DNA of 64,000 nucleotides, from NCBI GenBank assembly GCA_964057225.1, contig OZ059899.1:19406001-19470000 (forward strand). Direction: 5' to 3'. The DNA comes from Auanema rhodensis (lineage: Eukaryota; Animalia; Nematoda). A model generated the notes under the pieces. That model was not told the origin of the DNA and did no database searches. It worked only from the letters and a program-made list of their open reading frames with translations. The translations under genes and the position numbers were made by a program. Positions 10,860 through 23,300 of this stretch are shown piece after piece (position 1 is the stretch's first letter; each line of letters starts with the position of its first letter).

Positions 10860-13800
10860 TTTGTATTGAGCGTTTCTCAATGTAGTATAGTGCATTCGAT
10901 GCGGACTTTTAAGCTGCGTCGTTCTGTGTTATCAGATTTGCGCTAGCTTAAACATGCACCGAGATATCAACTGTTATAAGTTCACACTTATATCCTTGAT
11001 TTTCACCCTGAAGAATTAATTTTTTTGTTGAATAACATTGTCCATCGTCTTCGCCTTTAAAAACAGAATCTAAAAACATCTACTTTTTGTGAAATTATTT
11101 TGAAATTTTTAGGGAAAATTTTTGTCAAAATGTTTTTGGAAGCAATGTTGAGTGTACATGGAAACTCAACATACACTAATGCATCATTTTTCAAACGATC
11201 ATAACTAATTTTTGTATCAAGCGTTTCTCAATGTAGTATAGTGCATTCGATGCGGATTTTCAATCTGCGTCGATCTGTATTATCAGATTTGCGCTATCTT
11301 TAAAATGCACCGAGATATCAACTGATATATGTTCACACTTATATCCTCGATTTTCAACCTGAAGAATTAATTTCTTCGTTGAATAACAATGTCCATCGTC
11401 TTCGCCTTGAAAAAAAGAATCTAAAAACATCTACTTTTTGTGAAATTATCTTGAAATTTTTAGGGAAAATTTTTGTCAAAATGTTTTTGGAAGCAATGTT
11501 GAGTATACATGGAAACTCAACATACACTAATGCATCATTTTTCAAACGATCATAACTAATTTTTGTATTGAGCGTTTCTCAATGTAGTATAGTGCATTCG
11601 ATGCGGACTTTTAAGCTGCGTCGTTCTGTGTTATCAGATTTGCGCTAGCTTAAACATGCACCGAGATATCAACTGTTATAAGTTCACACTTATATCCTCG
11701 ATTTTCACCCTGAAGAATTAATTTTTTTGTTGAATAACATTGTCCATCGTCTTCGCCTTTAAAAACAGAATCTAAAAACATCTACTTTTTGTGAAATTAT
11801 TTTGAAATTTTTAGGGAAAATTTTTGTCAAAATGTTTTTGGAAGCAATGTTGAGTGTACATGGAAACTCAACATACACTAATGCATCATTTTTCAAACGA
11901 TCATAACTAATTTTTGTATCAAGCGTTTCTCAATGTAGTATAGTGCATTCGATGCGGATTTTTAAGCTGCGTCGATCTATGTTATCAGATTTGCGCTATC
12001 TTTAAAATGCACCGAGATATCAACTGTTATAAGTTCACACTTATATCCTCGATTTTCACCCTGAAGAATTAATTTTTTTGTTGAATAACATTGTCCATCG
12101 TCTTCGCCTTTAAAAAAGAAATCTAAAAACATCTACTTTTTGTGAAATTATTTTGAAATTTTTAGGGAAAATTTTTGTCAAAATGTTTTTGGAAGCAATG
12201 TTGAGTGTACATGGAAACTCAACATACACTAATGCATCATTTTTCAAACGATCATAACTAATTTTTGTATTAAGCGTTTCTCAATGTAGTATAGTGCATT
12301 CGATGCGGATTTTCAATCTGCGTCGATCTGTGTTATCAGATTTGCGCTATCTTTAAAATGCACCGAGATATCAACTGATATATGTTCACACTTATATCCT
12401 CGATTTTCACCCTGAAGAATTAATTTTTTCGTTGAATAACATTGTCCATCGTCTTCGCCTTTAAAAACAGAATCTAAAAACATCTACTTTTTGTGAAATT
12501 ATTTTGAAATTTTTAGGGAAAATTTTTGTCAAAATGTTTTTGGAAGCAATGTTGAGTGTACATGGAAACTCAACATACACTAATGCATCATTTTTCAAAC
12601 GATCATAACTAATTTTTGTATTGAGCGTTTCTCAATGTAGTATAGTGCATTCGATGCGGACTTTTAAGCTGCGTCGTTCTGTGTTATCAGATTTGCGCTA
12701 GCTTAAACATGCACCGAGATATCAACTGTTATAAGTTCACACTTATATCCTTGATTTTCACCCTGAAGAATTAATTTTTTTGTTGAATAACATTGTCCAT
12801 CGTCTTCGCCTTTAAAAACAGAATCTAAAAACATCTACTTTTTGTGAAATTATTTTGAAATTTTTAGGGAAAATTTTTGTCAAAATGTTTTTGGAAGCAA
12901 TGTTGAGTGTACATGGAAACTCAACATACACTAATGCATCATTTTTCAAACGATCATAACTAATTTTTGTATTAAGCGTTTCTCAATGTAGTATAGTGCA
13001 TTCGATGCGGATTTTCAATCTGCGTCGATCTGTATTATCAGATTTGCGCTATCTTTAAAATGCACCGAGATATCAACTGATATATGTTCACACTTATATC
13101 CTCGATTTTCAACCTGAAGAATTAATTTCTTCGTTGAATAACAATGTCCATCGTCTTCGCCTTGAAAAAAAAAATCTAAAAACATCTACTTTTTGTGAAA
13201 TTATCTTGAAATTTTTAGGGAAAATTTTTGTCAAAATGTTTTTGGAAGCAATGTTGAGTATACATGGAAACTCAACATACACTAATGCATCATTTTTCAA
13301 ACGATCATAACTAATTTTTGTATTGAGCGTTTCTCAATGTAGTATAGTGCATTCGATGCGGACTTTTAAGCTGCGTCGTTCTGTGTTATCAGATTTGCGC
13401 TAGCTTAAACATGCACCGAGATATCAACTGTTATAAGTTCACACTTATATCCTCGATTTTCACCCTGAAGAATTAATTTTTTTGTTGAATAACATTGTCC
13501 ATCGTCTTCGCCTTTAAAAACAGAATCTAAAAACATCTACTTTTTGTGAAATTATTTTGAAATTTTTAGGGAAAATTTTTGTCAAAATGTTTTTGGAAGC
13601 AATGTTGAGTGTACATGGAAACTCAACATACACTAATGCATCATTTTTCAAACGATCATAACTAATTTTTGTATCAAGCGTTTCTCAATGTAGTATAGTG
13701 CATTCGATGCGGATTTTTAAGCTGCGTCGATCTATGTTATCAGATTTGCGCTATCTTTAAAATGCACCGAGATATCAACTGTTATAAGTTCACACTTATA

Positions 13801-14370
13801 TCCTCGATTTTCACCCTGAAGAATTAATTTTTTTGTTGAATAACATTGTCCATCGTCTTCGCCTTTAAAAAAGAAATCTAAAAACATCTACTTTTTGTGA
13901 AATTATTTTGAAATTTTTAGGGAAAATTTTTGTCAAAATGTTTTTGGAAGCAATGTTGAGTGTACATGGAAACTCAACATACACTAATGCATCATTTTTC
14001 AAACGATCATAACTAATTTTTGTATTAAGCGTTTCTCAATGTAGTATAGTGCATTCGATGCGGATTTTCAATCTGCGTCGATCTGTGTTATCAGATTTGC
14101 GCTATCTTTAAAATGCACCGAGATATCAACTGATATATGTTCACACTTATATCCTCGATTTTCACCCTGAAGAATTAATTTTTTCGTTGAATAACATTGT
14201 CCATCGTCTTCGCCTTTAAAAACAGAATCTAAAAACATCTACTTTTTGTGAAATTATTTTGAAATTTTTAGGGAAAATTTTTGTCAAAATGTTTTTGGAA
14301 GAAATGTTGAGTGTACATGGAAACTCAACATACACTAATGCATCATTTTTCAAACGATCATAACTAATTT
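10860..14370. repeat. Array B 5-mer HOR (1755 bp), about 2 copies; limits approximate
   Basis: Rare variants repeat at 1755 bp: CCTTGAT near 10996 and 12751, GATCTGTATT near 11272 and 13027, and identical ORF translations at 11354 and 13109. Confidence 0.85.
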
Positions 14371-17300
14371 TTGTATTGAGCGTTTCTCAATGTAGTATAG
14401 TGCATTCGATGCGGACTTTTAAGCTGCGTCGTTCTGTGTTATCAGATTTGCGCTAGCTTAAACATGCACCGAGATATCAACTGTTATAAGTTCACACTTA
14501 TATCCTCGATTTTCACCCTGAAGAATTAATTTTTTTGTTGAATAACATTGTCCATCGTCTTCGCCTTTAAAAAAGAAATCTAAAAACATCTACTTTTTGT
14601 GAAATTATTTTGAAATTTTTAGGGAAAATTTTTGTCAAAATGTTTTTGGAAGCAATGTTGAGTGTACATGGAAACTCAACATACACTAATGCATCATTTT
14701 TCAAACGATCATAACTAATTTTTGTATTAAGCGTTTCTCAATGTAGTATAGTGCATTCGATGCGGATTTTCAATCTGCGTCGATCTGTGTTATCAGATTT
14801 GCGCTATCTTTAAAATGCACCGAGATATCAACTGATATATGTTCACACTTATATCCTCGATTTTCACCCTGAAGAATTAATTTTTTCGTTGAATAACATT
14901 GTCCATCGTCTTCGCCTTTGAAAACAGAATCTAAAAACATCTACTTTTTGTGAAATTATTTTGAAATTTTTAGGGAAAATTTTTGTCAAAATGTTTTTGG
15001 AAGAAATGTTGAGTGTACATGGAAACTCAACATACACTAATGCATCATTTTTCAAACGATCATAACTAATTTTTGTATTGAGCGTTTCTCAATGTAGTAT
15101 AGTGCATTCGATGCGGACTTTTAAGCTGCGTCGTTCTGTGTTATCAGATTTGCGCTAGCTTAAACATGCACCGAGATATCAACTGTTATAAGTTCACACT
15201 TATATCCTCGATTTTCACCCTGAAGAATTAATTTTTTTGTTGAATAACATTGTCCATCGTCTTCGCCTTTAAAAAAGAAATCTAAAAACATCTACTTTTT
15301 GTGAAATTATTTTGAAATTTTTAGGGAAAATTTTTGTCAAAATGTTTTTGGAAGCAATGTTGAGTGTACATGGAAACTCAACATACACTAATGCATCATT
15401 TTTCAAACGATCATAACTAATTTTTGTATTAAGCGTTTCTCAATGTAGTATAGTGCATTCGATGCGGATTTTCAATCTGCGTCGATCTGTGTTATCAGAT
15501 TTGCGCTATCTTTAAAATGCACCGAGATATCAACTGATATATGTTCACACTTATATCCTCGATTTTCAACCTGAAGAATTAATTTCTTTGTTGAATAACA
15601 ATGTCCATCGTCTTCGCCTTGAAAAAAAGAATCTAAAAACATCTACTTTTTGTGAAATTATCTTGAAATTTTTAGGGAAAATTTTTGTCAAAATGTTTTT
15701 GGAAGCAATGTTGAGTATACATGGAAACTCAACATACACTAATGCATCATTTTTCAAACGATCATAACTAATTTTTGTATTGAGGGTTTCTCAATGTGGT
15801 ATGGTGCATTCGATGCGGATTTTCAATCTGCGTCGATCTGTGTTATCAGATTTGCGCTATCTTTAAAATGCACCGAGATATCAACTGATATAAGTTCACA
15901 CTTATATCCTCGATTTTCACCCTGAAGAATTAATTTTTTCGTTGAATAACATTGTCCATCGTCTTCGCCTTTAAAAACAGAATCTAAAAACATCTACTTT
16001 TTGTGAAATTATTTTGAAATTTTTAGGGAAAATTTTTGTCAAAATGTTTTTGGAAGAAATGTTGAGTGTACATGGAAACTCAACATACACTAATGCATCA
16101 TTTTTCAAACGATCATAACTAATTTTTGTATTGAGCGTTTCTCAATGTAGTATAGTGCATTCGATGCGGACTTTTAAGCTGCGTCGTTCTGTGTTATCAG
16201 ATTTGCGCTAGCTTAAACATGCACCGAGATATCAACTGTTATAAGTTCACACTTATATCCTCGATTTTCACCCTGAAGAATTAATTTTTTTGTTGAATAA
16301 CATTGTCCATCGTCTTCGCCTTTAAAAAAGAAATCTAAAAACATCTACTTTTTGTGAAATTATTTTGAAATTTTTAGGGAAAATTTTTGTCAAAATGTTT
16401 TTGGAAGCAATGTTGAGTGTACATGGAAACTCAACATACACTAATGCATCATTTTTCAAACGATCATAACTAATTTTTGTATTAAGCGTTTCTCAATGTA
16501 GTATAGTGCATTCGATGCGGATTTTCAATCTGCGTCGATCTGTGTTATCAGATTTGCGCTATCTTTAAAATGCACCGAGATATCAACTGATATATGTTCA
16601 CACTTATATCCTTGATTTTCACCCTGAAGAATTAATTTTTTCGTTGAATAACATTGTCCATCGTCTTCGCCTTTAAAAACAGAATCTAAAAACATCTACT
16701 TTTTGTGAAATTATTTTGAAATTTTTAGGGAAAATTTTTGTCAAAATGTTTTTGGAAGAAATGTTGAGTGTACATGGAAACTCAACATACACTAATGCAT
16801 CATTTTTCAAACGATCATAACTAATTTTTGTATTGAGCGTTTCTCAATGTAGTATAGTGCATTCGATGCGGACTTTTAAGCTGCGTCGTTCTGTGTTATC
16901 AGATTTGCGCTAGCTTAAACATGCACCGAGATATCAACTGTTATAAGTTCACACTTATATCCTCGATTTTCACCCTGAAGAATTAATTTTTTTGTTGAAT
17001 AACATTGTCCATCGTCTTCGCCTTTAAAAAAGAAATCTAAAAACATCTACTTTTTGTGAAATTATTTTGAAATTTTTAGGGAAAATTTTTGTCAAAATGT
17101 TTTTGGAAGCAATGTTGAGTATACATGGAAACTCAACATACACTAATGCTTCATTTTTCAAACGATCATAACTAATTTTTGTATTGAGGGTTTCTCAATG
17201 TAGTATGGTGCATTCGATGCGGATTTTTAAGCTGCGTCGATCTATGTTATCAGATTTGCGCTATCTTAAAAATGCACCGAGATATCAACTGATATAAGTT

Positions 17301-20300
17301 CACACTTATATCCTCGATTTTCACCCTGAAGAATTAATTTTTTCGTTGAATAACATTGTCCATCGTCTTTGCCTTGAAAAAAGGAATCTAAAAACATCTA
17401 CTTTTTGTGAAATTATTTTGAAATTTTTAGGGAAATTTTTTGTCAAAATGTTTTTGGAAGCAATGTTGAGTGTACATGGAAACTCAACATACACTAATGC
17501 ATCATTTTTCAAACGATCATAACTAATTTTTGTATTAAGCGTTTCTCAATGTAGTATAGTGCATTCGATGCGGATTTTTAAGCTGCGTCGATCTATGTTA
17601 TCAGATTTGCGCTATCTTTAAAATGCACCGAGATATCAACTGTTATAAGTTCACACTTATATCCTCGATTTTCACCCTGAAGAATTAATTTTTTTGTTGA
17701 ATAACATTGTTCATCGTCTTCGCCTTTAAAAAAGAAATCTAAAAACATCTACTTTTTGTGAAATTATTTTGAAATTTTTAGGGAAAATTTTTGTCAAAAT
17801 GTTTTTGGAAGCAATGTTGAGTGTACATGGAAACTCAACATACACTAATGCATCATTTTTCAAACGATCATAACTAATTTTTGTATTAAGCGTTTCTCAA
17901 TGTAGTATAGTGCATTCGATGCGGATTTTCAATCTGCGTCGATCTGTGTTATCAGATTTGCGCTATCTTTAAAATGCACCGAGATATCAACTGATATATG
18001 TTCACACTTATATCCTCGATTTTCAACCTGAAGAATTAATTTCTTCGTTGAATAACAATGTCCATCGTCTTCGCCTTGAAAAAAAGAATCTAAAAACATC
18101 TAATTTTTGTGAAATTATCTTGAAATTTTTAGGGAAAATTTTTGTCAAAATGTTTTTGGAAGCAATGTTGAGTATACATGGAAACTCAACATACACTAAT
18201 GCATCATTTTTCAAACGATCATAACTAATTTTTGTATTAAGCGTTTTTTAATGTAGTATAGTGCATTCGATGCGGATTTTTAAGCTGCGTCGATCTGTGT
18301 TATCAGATTTGCGCTATCTTTAAAATGCACTGAGATATCAACTGTTATAAGTTCACACTTATATCCTCGATTTTCACCCTGAAGAATTAATTTTTTTGTT
18401 GAATAACATTGTCCATCGTCTTCGCCTTTAGAAAAGAAATCTGAAAACATCTACTTTTTGTGAAATTATTTTGAAATTTTTAGGGAAAATTTTTGTCAAA
18501 ATGTTTTTGGAAGCAATGTTGAGTGTACATGGAAACTCAACATACACTAATGCATCATTTTTCAAACGATCATAACTAATTTTTGTATTAAGCGTTTTTT
18601 AATGTAGTATAGTGCATTCGATGCGGATTTTTAAGCTGCGTCGATCTGTGTTATCAGATTTGCGCTATCTTTAAAATGCACCGAGATATCAACTGTTATA
18701 AGTTCACACTTATATCCTCGATTTTCACCCTGAAGAATTAATTTTTTTGTTGAATAACATTGTCCATCGTCTTCGCCTTTAAAAAAGAAATCTAAAAACA
18801 TCTACTTTTTGTGAAATTATTTTGAAATTTTTAGGGAAAATTTTTGTCAAAATGTTTTTGGAAGCAATGTTGAGTGTACATGGAAACTCAACATACACTA
18901 ATGCATCATTTTTCAAACGATCATAACTAATTTTTGTATTAAGCGTTTCTCAATGTAGTATAGTGCATTCGATGCGCATTTTCAATCTGCGTCGATCTGT
19001 ATTATCAGATTTGCGCTATCTTTAAAATGCACCGAGATATCAACTGTTATAAGTTCACACTTATATCCTCGATTTTCACCCTGAAGAATTAATTTTTTTG
19101 TTGAATAACATTGTCCATCGTCTTCGCCTTTAGAAAAGAAATCTAAAAACATCTACTTTTTGTGAAATTATTTTGAAATTTTTAGGGAAAATTTTTGTCA
19201 AAATGTTTTTGGAAGCAATGTTGAGTGTACATGGAAACTCAACATACACTAATGCATCATTTTTCAAACGATCATAACTAATTTTTGTATTAAGCGTTTT
19301 TTAATGTAGTATAGTGCATTCGATGCGGATTTTTAAGCTGCGTCGATCTGTGTTATCAGATTTGCGCTATCTTTAAAATGCACCGAGATATCAACTGTTA
19401 TAAGTTCACACTTATATCCTCGATTTTCACCCTGAAGAATTAATTTTTTTGTTGAATAACATTGTCCATCGTCTTCGCCTTTAAAAAAGAAATCTAAAAA
19501 CATCTACTTTTTGTGAAATTATTTTGAAATTTTTAGGGAAAATTTTTGTCAAAATGTTTTTGGAAGCAATGTTGAGTGTACATGGAAACTCAACATACAC
19601 TAATGCATCATTTTTCAAACGATCATAACTAATTTTTGTATTAAGCGTTTCTCAATGTAGTATAGTGCATTCGATGCGGATTTTCAATCTGCGTCGATCT
19701 GTGTTATCAGATTTGCGCTATCTTTAAAATGCACCGAGATATCAACTGATATATGTTCACACTTATATCCTCGATTTTCAACCTGAAGAATTAATTTCTT
19801 CGTTGAATAACAATGTCCATCGTCTTCGCCTTGAAAAAAAGAATCTAAAAACATCTAATTTTTGTGAAATTATCTTGAAATTTTTAGGGAAAATTTTTGT
19901 CAAAATGTTTTTGGAAGCAATGTTGAGTATACATGGAAACTCAACATACACTAATGCATCATTTTTCAAACGATCATAACTAATTTTTGTATTAAGCGTT
20001 TTTTAATGTAGTATAGTGCATTCGATGCGGATTTTTAAGCTGCGTCGATCTGTGTTATCAGATTTGCGCTATCTTTAAAATGCACCGAGATATCAACTGT
20101 TATAAGTTCACACTTATATCCTCGATTTTCACCCTGAAGAATTAATTTTTTTGTTGAATAACATTGTCCATCGTCTTCGCCTTTAAAAAAGAAATCTAAA
20201 AACATCTACTTTTTGTGAAATTATTTTGAAATTTTTAGGGAAAATTTTTGTCAAAATGTTTTTGGAAGCAATGTTGAGTGTACATGGAAACTCAACATAC

Positions 20301-23300
20301 ACTAATGCATCATTTTTCAAACGATCATAACTAATTTTTGTATTAAGCGTTTCTCAATGTAGTATAGTGCATTCGATGCGGATTTTCAATCTGCGTCGAT
20401 CTGTGTTATCAGATTTGCGCTATCTTTAAAATGCACCGAGATATCAACTGATATATGTTCACACTTATATCCTCGATTTTCAACCTGAAGAATTAATTTC
20501 TTCGTTGAATAACAATGTCCATCGTCTTCGCCTTGAAAAAAAGAATCTAAAAACATCTAATTTTTGTGAAATTATCTTGAAATTTTTAGGGAAAATTTTT
20601 GTCAAAATGTTTTTGGAAGCAATGTTGAGTATACATGGAAACTCAACATACACTAATGCATCATTTTTCAAACGATCATAACTAATTTTTGTATTAAGCG
20701 TTTTTTAATGTAGTATAGTGCCTTCGATGCGGATTTTTAAGCTGCGTCGATCTATGTTATCAGATTTGCGCTAGCTTAAAAATGCACCGAGATATCAACT
20801 GATATAAGTTCACACTTATATCCTCGATTTTCACCCTGAAAAATTGATTTTTTCGTTGAATAACATTGTCCATCGTCTTTGCCTTGAAAAAAGGAATCTA
20901 AAAACATCTAATTTTTGTGAAATTATCTTGAAATTTTTAGGGAAAATTTTTGTCAAAATGTTTTTGGAAGCAATGTTGAGTATACATGGAAACTCAACAT
21001 ACACTAATACATCATTTTTTAAACGATCATAACTAATTTTTGTATTGAGGGTTTCTCAATGTAGTATGGTGCATTCGATGCGGATTTTTAAGCTGCGTCG
21101 ATCTGTGTTATCAGATTTGCGCTATCTTTAAAATGCACCGAGATATCAACTGATATAAGTTCACACTTATATCCTCGATTTTCACCCTGAAAAATTGATT
21201 TTTTCGTTGAATAACATTGTCCATCGTCTTTGCCTTGAAAAAAGGAATCTAAAAACATCTACTTTTTGTGAAATTATTTTGAAATTTTTAGGGAAATTTT
21301 TTGTCAAAATGTTTTTGGAAGCAATGTTGAGTGTACATGGAAACTCAACATACACTAATGCATCATTTTTCAAACGATCATAACTAATTTTTGTATCGAG
21401 CGTTTCTCAATGTAGTATAGTGCATTCGATGCGGATTTTTAAGCTGCGTCGATCTATGTTATCAGATTTGCGCTATCTTTAAAATGCACCGAGATATCAA
21501 CTGTTATAAGTTCACACTTATATCCTCGATTTTCACCCTGAAGAATTAATTTCTTCGTTGAATAACATTGTCCATCGTCTTTGCCTTGAAAAAAGGAATC
21601 TAAAAACATCTACTTTTTGTGAAATTATTTTGAAATTTTTAGGGAAATTTTTTGTCAAAATGTTTTTGGAAGCAATGTTGAGTGTACATGGAAACTCAAC
21701 ATACACTAATGCATCATTTTTCAAACGATCATAACTAATTTTTGTATTGAGCGTTTCTCAATGTAGTATAGTGCATTCGATGCGGATTTTCAATCTGCGT
21801 CGATCTGTGTTATCAGATTTGCGCTATCTTTAAAATGCACCGAGATATCAACTGATATATGTTCACACTTATATCCTCGATTTTCAACCTGAAGAATTAA
21901 TTTCTTCGTTGAATAACAATGTCCATCGTCTTCGCCTTGAAAAAAAGAATCTAAAAACATCTAATTTTTGTGAAATTATCTTGAAATTTTTAGGGAAAAT
22001 TTTTGTCAAAATGTTTTTGGAAGCAATGTTGAGTATACATGGAAACTCAACATACACTAATGCATCATTTTTCAAACGATCATAACTAATTTTTGTATTA
22101 AGCGTTTTTTAATGTAGTATAGTGCATTCGATGCGGATTTTTAAGCTGCGTCGATCTGTGTTATCAGATTTGCGCTATCTTTAAAATGCACCGAGATATC
22201 AACTGTTATAAGTTCACACTTATATCCTCGATTTTCACCCTGAAGAATTAATTTTTTTGTTGAATAACATTGTCCATCGTCTTCGCCTTTAAAAAAGAAA
22301 TCTAAAAACATCTACTTTTTGTGAAATTATTTTGAAATTTTTAGGGAAAATTTTTGTCAAAATGTTTTTGGAAGCAATGTTGAGTGTACATGGAAACTCA
22401 ACATACACTAATGCATCATTTTTCAAACGATCATAACTAATTTTTGTATTAAGCGTTTCTCAATGTAGTATAGTGCATTCGATGCGGATTTTCAATCTGC
22501 GTCGATCTGTGTTATCAGATTTGCGCTATCTTTAAAATGCACCGAGATATCAACTGATATATGTTCACACTTATATCCTCGATTTTCAACCTGAAGAATT
22601 AATTTCTTCGTTGAATAACAATGTCCATCGTCTTCGCCTTGAAAAAAAGAATCTAAAAACATCTAATTTTTGTGAAATTATCTTGAAATTTTTAGGGAAA
22701 ATTTTTGTCAAAATGTTTTTGGAAGCAATGTTGAGTATACATGGAAACTCAACATACACTAATGCATCATTTTTCAAACGATCATAACTAATTTTTGTAT
22801 TAAGCGTTTTTTAATGTAGTATAGTGCCTTCGATGCGGATTTTTAAGCTGCGTCGATCTATGTTATCAGATTTGCGCTAGCTTAAAAATGCACCGAGATA
22901 TCAACTGATATAAGTTCACACTTATATCCTCGATTTTCACCCTGAAAAATTGATTTTTTCGTTGAATAACATTGTCCATCGTCTTTGCCTTGAAAAAAGG
23001 AATCTAAAAACATCTAATTTTTGTGAAATTATCTTGAAATTTTTAGGGAAAATTTTTGTCAAAATGTTTTTGGAAGCAATGTTGAGTATACATGGAAACT
23101 CAACATACACTAATACATCATTTTTTAAACGATCATAACTAATTTTTGTATTGAGGGTTTCTCAATGTAGTATGGTGCATTCGATGCGGATTTTTAAGCT
23201 GCGTCGATCTGTGTTATCAGATTTGCGCTATCTTTAAAATGCACCGAGATATCAACTGATATAAGTTCACACTTATATCCTCGATTTTCACCCTGAAAAA

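Noticed and set aside
10560-11261. The 351-bp monomer as a simple dimer of ~175-bp halves, or as the Drosophila 359-bp satellite
   Set aside because: No convincing half-to-half alignment at an offset of 175-176 by eye, and no recognisable continuous match to the 359-bp family.
11373-11389. CENP-B box-like CTTCGTTGAATAACAAT
   Set aside because: Only the left half (CTTCGTTG) matches; the essential CGGG is missing.
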